Assembly (NCBI RefSeq): GCF_036321535.1
Contig: NC_087436.1
Span: 40,984,001-41,048,000 of the forward strand
Reading direction: 5' to 3'
Length of the DNA stretch: 64,000 bases
Source of the DNA: Camelus dromedarius
Taxonomy: Eukaryota
The notes below the pieces were generated by a model, which saw only the letters and a list, made by a program, of their open reading frames with translations, was not told the DNA's origin and searched no databases. Below are positions 26,228-37,481 of the stretch, piece after piece. Within the stretch, counting starts at the first letter, position 1. Each line of letters opens with the position of its first letter. Both the position numbers and the translations under genes were made by a program.

Positions 26228-27061
26228 TAGGCATACCTCATTTTAGTGTGCTTTGCTTTTTGCACTTCACAGATATTGTATTGTTTATAAATTGAAGTTT
26301 TGTGGCAACCCTGCTTGGAGCAAGTCCATAGGTGTCATTTTTCCAACAGTATTTGCTTACTTCCTATCTCTGTCTCTTCCTATCTCTTCCTAGCCACATT
26401 TTGGTAATTCTTGCAATATTTCAAACTTTTTAATAATTATGCTATTTTTATGGCGATCCATTATCAGTGATCTGTGATATTACTGTTGTAATTATTTAAG
26501 GAGGCCAAGAACCACATGTATATGAAATGGCAAATTTAACTGATGAATGCATGTGTCCTGACTTCACCACCACCAGTCAGTCCCTTATCTACCTCCTTCT
26601 TCTAGGGCCTCCCCAGTTTCTGAGATACAACAATATTGAAATTAGGCCAATTAACAACCCTACAATGGCTTCTAAGTGTTCAAGTTAAAGAGTCAATTGA
26701 TGTGGCAAACTTCATTGTCACATTTTTAAAAATTGCCATAGTCACCCCAGCCTTCAAGAACCACCACCCTGAGCAGTCAACAGTCCTCAACATCAAGGTA
26801 AGACCCTTCACCAGAAAAAGATTACAACTCTCTGAAGGCTCAGCTGATAGCATTTTTAAGCAATAAAGTATTTTTAAATTAAGGTATGTACATTGTTTCC
26901 TGAGACGTATGCTATTGCACACTTAATAGACTACACTATCGTATAAACATAGCTTTTATATGGAAAGGGAAACGAAAAAAATTGTGTTACTTGCTTTATT
27001 GTGGTATTTGCTTTAATGCAGTGGTTTGGAACTAAACCTGTAACATCTATGAAGTATTCTG
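26228..27061 (+). mobile_element. Internally deleted non-autonomous Tigger1 derivative (Tigger1a-like)
   Basis: Both termini present (taggcatacctcatttt...; ...ggaactaaacctgtaacatctatgaagtattctg). Just after the transposase start (atggcttctaagtgttcaag, 26665) the sequence jumps to the 3' region 'gagtcaattgatgtggcaaac'. Confidence 0.93.
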
Positions 27062-27384
27062 CACACAATATATATCTATATATCTATTTACGTATATAAA
27101 TATTTGGTGTATATATGTATATAATTTAATATATAATACATATTTAGTAAACATTCTATAGACATTCTACCATGCTATTGCAATGCATTCCTTTAGGTTT
27201 GAACTAAAATTTCCTTGTGCTCCATTGCCAAATCTAAAGTCAAGTTGTAGATAAGTATAATTCAAATATTGATTAATTTTTTCAAGGTTGTAACTTTCCA
27301 TCTAGGCTTTTGTTAAAAAGAATAAAAATAAACAAACATTTAATCATGTTGCCGATTGGTTTATTTACTGGCAGCCTACTTCAC

Positions 27385-27500
27385 TTTTTCCATGATAGTG
27401 TAAAGTGCATGCAAAGAATGGTAATTGTCTTATTAACATATGCCTAGAAGCTGGAACCATGCCTGACAATATTTGGCACTCAATATATGTTTACTGACTG
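27385..27500 (+). mobile_element. L2 3' end fragment
   Basis: 'atgcctgacaatatttggcactcaatatatgtttactgactg'. Confidence 0.6.
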
Positions 27501-28014
27501 CAAATTCAATCCCTAAAAAGCCTATTCAAACATTTCAATTTAATTGAGCATGCAAAATAGAAACTTTAAAAACTTTAGAGAAGTTATATTGCACATATTA
27601 GAGAAAAAAAATAAATTGTAGCAATGATGACTATTTCCCAGCACTCCCCTTTAATATCCAATGTCTTTGGTCCCAGGATATATAAACTGATGGGTCAGAT
27701 ATACACTTGTAAACATGAATAAGACATATACAAATATGGTGTTAATGTTTCTTTTTGGAAGACTATCAGTTATGTAGGCCCCATCTTGAATAACTAGTGA
27801 AACACAGAAAAGTAGAGTTATAGCTCAGATACCATATGAAAAGGATAAGTGTAGCAATCACAGCAGGAGTATACTCCTGTTCCTCACCTATATTATTTAT
27901 AATTATTCCTCTTCATAACCATTTGCTTTTTATATCCTGTACATTTGAAGCAAGATGCTAATGACATAATGATCTCTCAAATCTTAAGTCATTATATTAG
28001 AAGGTAAGTCGCTA

Positions 28015-28120
28015 ATTCATTATTTCAGTATTTATTGAGCATCTAAACTGTACTAGGCACCTACTACATTTTAGGTATAGAAACAGGATTAAAAAATTCC
28101 TTCCTTTAAGTAACTTCAAA
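28015..28120 (-). mobile_element. L2 3' end fragment
   Basis: 'ttcattatttcagtatttattgagcatcta...tgtactaggcac'. Confidence 0.65.
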
Positions 28121-30387
28121 TAATTTACAAAGTAAATTTAAAAAACAATTTTTATATTACATTCTAATAAAAAAGATAAAATGTTAAATGGATATGTGCA
28201 CATGGGAAATGTCTTTAATTTGGGGGTTACTTCTCATTTATTCATCCTTTTAAAACCTATTTGGATGGAAAATGTCTAATTATTATTGTTCTGATTTATT
28301 AGATTTAGAGAGAGAAAAAAAAACTAAGGACATTTCTATGTCCAAATCATGCTAACAAAATGTCATCTCTGAATCACAATATATTATAACAGTGAAACAC
28401 ATTAATATCTGAACTGCAAACAAGGTTACCTGTTATTCTCCAGAAGAAAGAAATAACTATATTCTGAAGGACACTCTCAATGTATAGGTTTGCATATTCA
28501 TTGTCTTTTTGCAACTTCCTTATAGATATATTCCATAAAAAATGTATCTGTTCTAACAGTATTTCCCAAGTCCATATTTAAGCTAATATGATTTAAAAAG
28601 ACATGAAATGAGGTAGTCTTTCTACTAACTTACCTTAAACTAGGAAAAGGCTTATTAGTAAGCATTATATTATATAGCTATAATGAATATATCAATATTA
28701 CATACATATGCAATACATCTCGAATTTTGGAGGGTATATTTGACAAAAACAATAGCAAAGCCTGGCACTATACAATTTGAGGTACTTAAATTCAGCTAAA
28801 TCATTTATATTCAAGGTAAGGATACAGAAATTATTTCTCATAGATAATAATTTAAACAAGGGTTGTTTATAACACACTAAAAAAAATGCTAATTATAACT
28901 GCTGAAGAAACATATAGTCAAAGATAAATATAAGACAGAAAATGAGATAGGACCAAAGAAAAGAGATTAAAGAATTTTAATATTTATTTAATCTTTAATG
29001 TTGAATTTTTAACAGTAATTCAATATTAAGTTTGAGTTTTTTCTGTCTGGGGAATTTTACTCTTTAATAGTATAGGGCGGGATTTTTTGCCTCAATATTA
29101 AATTCCTTCCAAGTTATTTTGGACATTACTTAAGATCAATATGATTTCAAGATACTAAATAGATTATTATCTCTTCCCCTCTTTTCTTTCTCTCTCTCTC
29201 TTTGTCCCAGGATTTATGAAAAGATTGCCTCAGTTATTGCTTTAATAAAAGAGCTATTTAGTGATTTCAACATTTAATAGACCAAAACAGAAGAAAACAT
29301 TTAAAAAAATAAGATACTAAAATTCTGCTGAGCAACACTGTTATCAGTCATTAGTTTATTGTACAAAAATGGAAATAGGAGAGGCAGGAGTGTGGGGGTG
29401 GGTCAGGAGAACTGATAAATCAAATATAGTTATATATGTATTTTTTTGCCAGGAACTGGATATACAATGGTGAATGGTGCACATAATCTCTTGTTGTCAT
29501 GGTCTTTGATTTTCAGTGAAAAAGACAGACAAAACTCAGCAATAAAGTAATGAAAATAACCATAAATTTTATGAATCCTGGATTTTTCCATATTGCCCAT
29601 TATGAATCAACTGTCACCCTGTGCTTCATTTACTGTCTTTCTTCACAGCATTCATCATGTTTTAATTCTTTGCATAAATTACCAAGTTACCTCACTTTTC
29701 AAGTTTCATCTAGATGTCTCAGATTTTTCTATGGCTTCCTGGTTTGAACAGTAGAGAAAGGTTCAGTGAAGGTGGGTAGCACAGAGATTATAAGGAACAT
29801 TGGAATTTAGGGGTAAAGTTTGTATAAAAGAGATCTGGGTTCATGAAGAGTAATATGGAGAATACTTAGAAACTGTCCTGGAATAACAGATACCTGTATT
29901 TGTACATAGGTAAGTTTTGGCATAGGTAAGATATACCTAACTTTATTTTGCTATTTCCTTTCATTAACATTTCATAATATTAAAGTCTTCCCAAAAAAGT
30001 AAAATGAGAGCAAATTAAACAAAAGAGAGAGACTCAAACCTGTTTGTTAAAATTTCAATGATACGACAAAGTGTTCCATCATGAATTGCAAAATAGTCTA
30101 ACACTGTGAATTATAGAGTTTCAACTAAAGGCATTATTGAGCTAGAAAGTCAAGTCAAACAAGCCTGGGCACTACATTACTTGATTAGAAGGTTATTTCA
30201 CCATTTTTCTCCCTGTACAGAACTGTCTGAACTTATAAAGTTATTAAATTTAGAGAGTCAGTCTTCTGTCTAACCAACAAGTTTGAATCTGTTTAACATA
30301 AATATAAATGTCACTCTAAACAGTAAACCTCAAAGCACTTTAAAAATCAATAACCAAAATCCCTTGTATTCCTCAAGGAAAACATAC

Positions 30388-30499
30388 ACCATATACATGA
30401 TACAATCCCAGGCCACCAAATAGGACTGAGAGTAACATATGCAACTGACACTTCTGAAAAGTATAATTTTCCTTCTCATCTTCTGAACAACAGCTACGC
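30388..30499 (-). other. Candidate internal exon (unverified)
   Basis: Minus-strand acceptor aaaatttttcctctag| and donor GGT|gtatgt; two of three frames open; peptide not recognised. Confidence 0.15.
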
Positions 30500-30915
30500 T
30501 AGAGGAAAAATTTTGGCTTGTGAACATTTGTATTTGCATAAGAGAATTTCTCTAAGTTGATCAATGCAGTAGAAAATCCATACTGAATTTAGTTACCATA
30601 TGTTATTATAAGTTCATTTTCTTAAATGATCCTGTTTAAAATGGATTCAAACAGATGGAAAGAATTCCTCTGAATGGATGTCAGCTGAATAATTGAGCCA
30701 TGGTACTTAACTCAGCAAACACATGGAGAAATACTAATTTACACAAATACCATAGATATCATTTTTTATTTTCTTTAATAGTTTCTTATTGCTGAAAATT
30801 GGAAAGTGAATATTGTAATGACTACCATGAAAATCATGACCACTTGGTTCTTTATTATTAGTAATTTGAGAATTCAGTCATCTCAAAACCATCTGCTTTC
30901 TTTTGTTTGAAACAG

Positions 30916-30946
30916 ACTGTGCAAATAAGTTTTCAAGCTCTTCAAG
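30916..30946 (+). other. Candidate 31-nt micro-exon (unverified)
   Basis: Acceptor ctgctttcttttgtttgaaacag| and donor AAG|gtacgt; frames TVQISFQALQ or CANKFSSSS open; lies in TE-poor sequence. Confidence 0.25.
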
Positions 30947-33900
30947 GTACGTGGTGAAAAAATGGTAAGAACAAAGCTTGACCTGACTTCTGTATTGGAT
31001 AATTTAAATTGGCTTGGAGTGGTACAATCCAAAGTATATAACGTAGCAAAACTATACACTGCTATAAATCATTGCAATAAGGAGAAAATATAGAATGAAA
31101 TATTCAGTTAGAAGTGAAATGTCTCATGTTTGTCTTGTTTTGTTTTGAGCATGGTGGGAACTGTTGATGTAAAAGGAATGCAGACCTGTGACTCAGGAAA
31201 CCTTAGTTCTCCCTTTGACACGGTCTTTTCCTGTGTCACAGTGTGTTCCTTCCAAAAGACAGTGAATGGGCAATTTAATCTCCAACATGTCTAGTGCTAG
31301 CATCAGGAATTTCAGAATATAATTTCTTTTAGGTAAAATATTAATATAATTGATTTATTTTTACCTTTTTTTAATCTAAGAGTTTACAAATTTCATATTT
31401 TGTAAACAATTATTTTGATAGATTTATGAAACAGACTGAGAAGTGGAAAATACTGAAATATACATTTAAAGACATTTATTCTGTATATTGACTCAGTTGA
31501 AATAGTATTAAGCTGCATATATGCTTTTTAGAACATTCACATGATTAACTTATAGTGTGATTTGTATTTATTTATTTATTTTCTGTATCTATGTTTGAAT
31601 TACCAGACCTATTAAATGTGGCTAAAAATTAAATTCATAAATTTCCCACAGAAGACTACAAAGCAGAGTTTAGAATTGAAAGTATGACTCCCTTATTTTC
31701 TCATTTAATTACTTTGGAAGATAAAAATTATTCCTGCAAACACTAGATGGCTTCCTTGCATTTCAGACAAGGGGGAAAAAGGGTAACAATCAGTGTTTTC
31801 TCAGTCCTATATGAAGTTGAAAACCACAGAATTAATTAAATGTAACTTTATGTATTTTAAAAGCACTATAATCATATTATGGAAACACATTAAATAAAAG
31901 ATAGAATAGTCTTTAATTTTTTCTGGAAAAAAATGTGATATAATCAAAAAGAATTCTTTAATCAGTTAGTCTGTACTTAGGAGATAGTAAGCACCCAAGA
32001 ATGATTAATTATCAATATTTAATTTTTTTTAACATTTACTGTTTAAAATACTTAGAGTTACCTTAAAAGAAATGTGTATTTAGGTATATAATACATTTTC
32101 TTACAAAGGCTTAACTTTTAATTATCATAGCTTAGTCTTATTTACATAATCATATTATCTAATATCCTAAAGACTGTATTGAAATTAAATACACCTATAT
32201 ATATGTGGTAATACAGACTTGATGGGGTATTTTATGCAGCAAAAGCTTCATTCCATAGCTAAATTTGTTAAATATGAACTGAAACTGGCATAATGTTTAT
32301 CAATAACCTGTATTCATTTAGAAAATACCTTATTCCCAGTATCTACTTGGTGATTAATTTATAATAAATTGCTCTCTTTGAAATACTGAATGCAGATCTC
32401 TACCTAGATTTATAACTAAAATTTTAAATGCAATACCATATGTGCTGGAAGAGAATTTCACTTGCTCTTTAGAAATAATAGGAAATTAGAATAGTATCTG
32501 TGTTAAGCAGTATATATTAGCAAGAAAATTAATTGGTATTGATCAGAGAATTATGACTTATAAAGCCCTTTACTTTTTAAGTTTTAGTTTATACTATCAT
32601 TTGAGGATAAGACAAAGCACTTTTGTTTTCCTACTGTTTTTCAAATAATTGTTTTGAACAAATTAGATGATGACTATGATTTATTACTGAGTGCCTTTCT
32701 AGTATAAAATCTACCTCCTTGCTTTGTTGATGTTTCTTTATTATGTGCTAATATTTTATACATACAATTTCTGGAAATTGTTATGAATATGCTTCTTAAA
32801 TATACCATATTAAAATCAACAGGATCTAAAGATTTTTTGGAGTACTTTTTTCCTATTTACCCATTTTAATCAATCTTTTTCTTTCATCTCCTGAAAATTG
32901 TAACAATTTTCTCTCATGCCATTGCATATTGGTTTCTACAATGTCAAATATTTTCTTAAATACTTAGAATCTTATTCCTAGAGTAACTTTAAAATTTTAC
33001 AAAGGATTCTGTAAAATGATTGTCACAGAACTGAAAAATATTTTCAGCAGGAAAAAAAAGAAATTCTGGATTAATGCAAAAGGTTTTGTGAGTAAGAGTT
33101 TGGTAATTCTGGTTCAATGATCACTTCACTATGCATAAAAATTATTCTCAATAAATCAGAACCATTTACTTTAAATACTTCACTTGATTCCATGTAGCCC
33201 TTCTTCCTAATTTTCTAGAATAGTATCAAACATATATGATAATATAAATATCTGGGATAGATGATACAATAAACTATAAGTTGCATCACTAGATAGGGCA
33301 ACTCAGGCACTGCCTTGCTCAGATGCTATTGCAGAAAAATAACTTAAAGTAGAATTCCTCTAGAGTCATAGATTTTCAGGCCACCACAAAAACCAACAAT
33401 TTAAAGAGAAAACCTCTATCTTCTATTGTGTATTTTTAAGTACAGACTATATAGAACAATTTTAATGTTCTTACTTATGAAAGTCCTGATCTCCAACATT
33501 TGGAAATAGATTATCTCTCTGTTCTCATTTCTTATGTTTATTTCAACATTTGGTTTTACTCATCAGTATCCTAGTTGGAGACGTCACTTTATCATCATTT
33601 TTGGGTACTGAAGATATAAGAACGTTTTAACTGACTCTTAAGTAACAACTGATAATCAGGTAAAAACTCCACTCTAGTCATTTCATTGTAGTATGAATGT
33701 TGTTGAGCCTTCTTTAATGTCCATATGGAAAAATATTTTTGGTGTACTTTTTGGTGTTTGGATTACTAAATCACTTACTCTGGCAAACTTAACCTAATTC
33801 CTTTTTCCCCCTCTGATCTATCTCTACCTATCTTTACATCTATTTCTCCATTTCATCACACATAGCTTAGAATAACTTTTCTCACACACCGTTAACTATT

Positions 33901-35559
33901 CTGATTTCCTCTCTGACCTAAAATACAATATAATTCAACAAGCTAAGTTACCAAATGGAAAAAAATTGAATTATATAGGATCCTTATATTTCAGACCTTG
34001 TTTGACTATTTCAATTTTTTCATTTGTTCACATTTATAGAATTATAAGAACTATAATGTTCAATGAAATGTAATAATCTTAATTTACAAAAATTAAAGGA
34101 AAATAGGCCTTCAAACAATTTGAATATCAAGATAATTATATAAGATTTATAAATGATGAAAAATGAAATAAATTATGTTTTATGTAGATGAAATACAATA
34201 TAATGTTTTATGAAACAAATTAAGATCCTAAAAAGGCATTTGTAGTTTGAAAGTATGACTTTGATGAATTATAAAATTTTTTTTTAAAGGTAGAAGTTGA
34301 GCACATGGAGTTTTGCTCCTATTGACAGCCAAAAAACTAAATGTTCTTTATTAGCCCTAATATGAATTATCACTAGGCTGTTGAATTTGCAGATCAATAA
34401 GAACACTTGTAAATCTATTACTTTCTATGGATATGGCCAAATGCCTACATACCAAGTGTAAATTGGTTAATGCCACTTTTGGCAAGGTGTCTTTGGAGAT
34501 ATCATCTTTAGCTGTATAACAATATTAAGAGCAATCTAACCATGTGGGAACACCTAACTTTCCAGAATAAAAGTTTATTCATCTATGCATTCTACTGATG
34601 TTTATTACGTAGTAACAATGGATTTTCTTTTTTTTAAATTAGCTTTAGTACTGATTTCACTAATTCATCTATATATCTACCCATGACATTAAATACTTCA
34701 GACAAAAAGAAAAATAAAACAACTAAATTTTTGATATTCTGTTTCCCATTCCTATATTTTCCTTATCTTAGCTGCTGAATTTCATATTAATATCTAATAT
34801 CAAAGGCATCTACAAGCAAAAGCAAAATAATGTAATACACAGAGAAAATGCAAAAGTGCTCAGTTATTGAAAAATACATCCTCTATTAAATTTATTTGCA
34901 ATCTAATGATATAAATGCATGTTTTTTGCCCCTTGATAAATTTAGACTATGTATGTTGACTACATTTGAATAAATGTTCAATGAAATATAATAATCTTAC
35001 TTAGAATTCATCAAAGCTATTGTTAATAAAAAGGTTGTAGGTTATTTTTAAAGTTTTATTGGATGTAGTCTAATAGTAGTATATTTTGACATGCTTCCTA
35101 ACATATTCAGCAAGTTGGTATTTGACAACTCTGTTGTGGATATAGCACACTGAAATCTCAGAAACTGGTACCAAGTATTGTTTGAAATACATGAGCCAAC
35201 ATTTCAAAAGCAATGAATAATAGCATAAAAACTTCTCACTATGCTATAATCTTAGAAGCAAGAGTATATGTTAGTGCTTTTGTGTTGATAACACTACAAA
35301 AGTGTCTACCATTCAAAGAATTTCTTTTATCTAAAATGCATTCTTCAACTCCTCAAATTGCCTTTGTAAGTCACGCATTGGAATTAGTCAGGAATTGGAA
35401 AAAAAAATCGAAAAAAAGAAAAAAGAAACTGCAAACTCTTGAAAATGAGTATACCAAAATTGTCAGGAAATTTTGCTCCACTACAATTTCAAGACTCAGC
35501 CAGCTTCCCTGTGGTAATTAAATTAACAACTGATATCTTAAAAAGAAGAGATGTAGAAA

Positions 35560-35860
35560 AAGAAAGAGTAACACAGTTATTCAAAAAAGCTAAACAAAAT
35601 GAAGGCATGAGCAATATATATCAGACAAATTAAATAACAAGAAGCAGGGATTGGATTTTCCTACCAACAAAAGAAAGACGCTCTATGTTAAAATATACAA
35701 TGCATAATAGAATACAATAGTTATAAATATCTATGTATTAACTAAATCATTATTTGCATAAAGCAGAAATTAAGGAGATAAAGGGGTCCTACAAAATTTG
35801 CTGGTAATAGGAAAAAGTCACATGCTACTCCCAATTCAAGACAGGTCAAGTGGAAAACAA
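35560..35860 (+). mobile_element. Old L1 ORF2 endonuclease-region fragment
   Basis: 'atatatatcagacaaat...aagaagcaggg', 'atagttataaatatctatgta', 'taaagcagaaa', 'gacaggtcaagtggaaaa' follow the L1 EN-domain order. Confidence 0.6.
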
Positions 35861-35914
35861 GGCATAGCAACAACTCTTGCTGGAATAAAGTACTTTAACA
35901 TGCAATTAGACAAT

Positions 35915-36632
35915 AAGGTCTGGTTATGCATGTGGGCCGTGGAAACAGACATGGGGTTCTAAATTCTAATTCTGCCATTTTGTAGCAAGACATTTTTGGG
36001 GCAACTTAAATCTTTGAGTTTTTTTTTTTGCCAACTAAAAATTGCTGTTCGCCATCTGGCTCTACAAGAATGAAGTCACAAGCCACTACAGTTGCTTCCT
36101 CTTATGGGGAATTTCAACTCACCCTGAAAGGAGTTCAGGATTGAGAACAGAAATGAGGCACTCTATGCTCTGGGAAAATACCTAAGGCCTTCAGACACTT
36201 AGATATTTTCAGAAAATTTTATGAGCCTGCATCTCCCCATATCTAGAAAAGCACTGAAATCATCAACAGAAACATCTCCTCGTGACAAACAACAGCAGCC
36301 TTGTGATTAGCAGCACCTTCTGCAAAAATGTGTGCTTCATTACATGCATCCCCTCTTCACTAAAACCACCTAGATACTGACCACATCTACCTCTTCAGAG
36401 CAGTTCCTTAGCGCTATCTGACAGTTTGTCTCTTGGACTATAGTCTTCATTTGGATCCATATAAAACTTAACTCACAACTTTTATGCAGTTGAAACTTCC
36501 TTGCATGTAAGGGGACAACAGAAGAATCTTACGAGTTTACCCTAAGGAATATATGTGATGATGCATCCAAAGGATTTAGTCTGGAGCCAGGAACATACAC
36601 ATTTTTCAGGAAGTATTAGCTGCTATTACTCA
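35915..36632 (+). mobile_element. MIR SINE split by an ERV1 LTR
   Basis: 5' half 'ggttctaaattctaattctgccattt...gggcaacttaaatc' and 3' half 'gtgatgatgcatccaaaggatttag...aagtattagctgctatta'. Confidence 0.65.
36046..36495 (+). mobile_element. ERV1 solo LTR, MER41-like (cetartiodactyl type)
   Basis: Starts tgttcgccatctggctctacaag; contains 'ccctgaaaggagttcagg', 'gagcagttcct...gctatctga', 'taaaacttaactcacaact'; ends gttgaaa (=gttgaca). Confidence 0.75.
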
Positions 36633-37356
36633 AATAGGAAAATTATTTCTTTGTTTAGCTTTAATTATAGAATTTTTCAAACATTCAAGAGGAAAAACAC
36701 TTTTCTCTATGATTCAAAAGTCCAGACACAGTTAAGAAAGAGTTTTAAAATTTGATTTTAAAAAGGCATAGCCAAAAACAACCATAGAAAAGTTATAAGT
36801 TATACATGAAGATAAATGTCAAAGTGATACTTCATAATATCTGTAATGCATGTTATAAACTTAGAACTCACTTGAGAGGATTATCCCTTTAGGTGGCTAA
36901 TTTTAATAAGTTTTTCTTACTGAAGCTTATAGAAGCCAAAACTTTTCTAAACCTTGCCCTCTCACTCTTAGTATTTATCACATCTCTCAAAAATGCCAGA
37001 CCCCAGGTTTTTTTTTTTTTAACAAATGGCAAGTAATGTTAACTGAAATTTAACTAATAGCAAATGGTAAATATGATTTCTCTTATGCTTTGCAATATCC
37101 TACTAAATTGGAATCATGTCCCACCAGGGGAAAAAAAATCTGGCAAATCTAGTCTTGCTGAGAAATAAAGAGATGATGTCAGAGGAGCAGAAACTGGGGA
37201 CAGATAATGGAGAAATGTGTAAAAGAGTCATATATTCTAGTACCAGTTCAGTTATCTGTTTTCACCAACTCCATTCTGACTGAATATTTAAAGTTGCCTA
37301 ATTTCCTTGTTTTTACTATTAATCAGTATTAACTCAATTAAAAAAAAATGTTGATG

Positions 37357-37481
37357 AGGGAAGGGCATAACTCAGTGGTAGAATGCGTGCTTAGCATGCC
37401 ATGAGGTCCTTGGTTCAATCCCCAGTACTGGTAAATGAGAAAATAAAAATAAACCTAATTGCCTCCCACCCCACACCCCCC
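37357..37481 (+). mobile_element. tRNA-Ala-derived SINE (camelid vic-1 type)
   Basis: Pol III A box (taactcagtgg), Ala-AGC anticodon arm (gtgcttagcatgc), B box (ggttcaatccc), tail 'aaataaacctaattgcctccc'. Target-site duplication aaaatgttgatg/aaactgttgatg; upstream TT|AAAA site. Confidence 0.9.

Noticed and set aside
35213..35633. Lys-rich ORFs with NLS-like run
   Set aside because: Produced by an A-rich tract and adjacent L1 remnant.
37357..37430. Functional tRNA-Ala gene
   Set aside because: Acceptor stem does not pair; SINE tail and TSD present.
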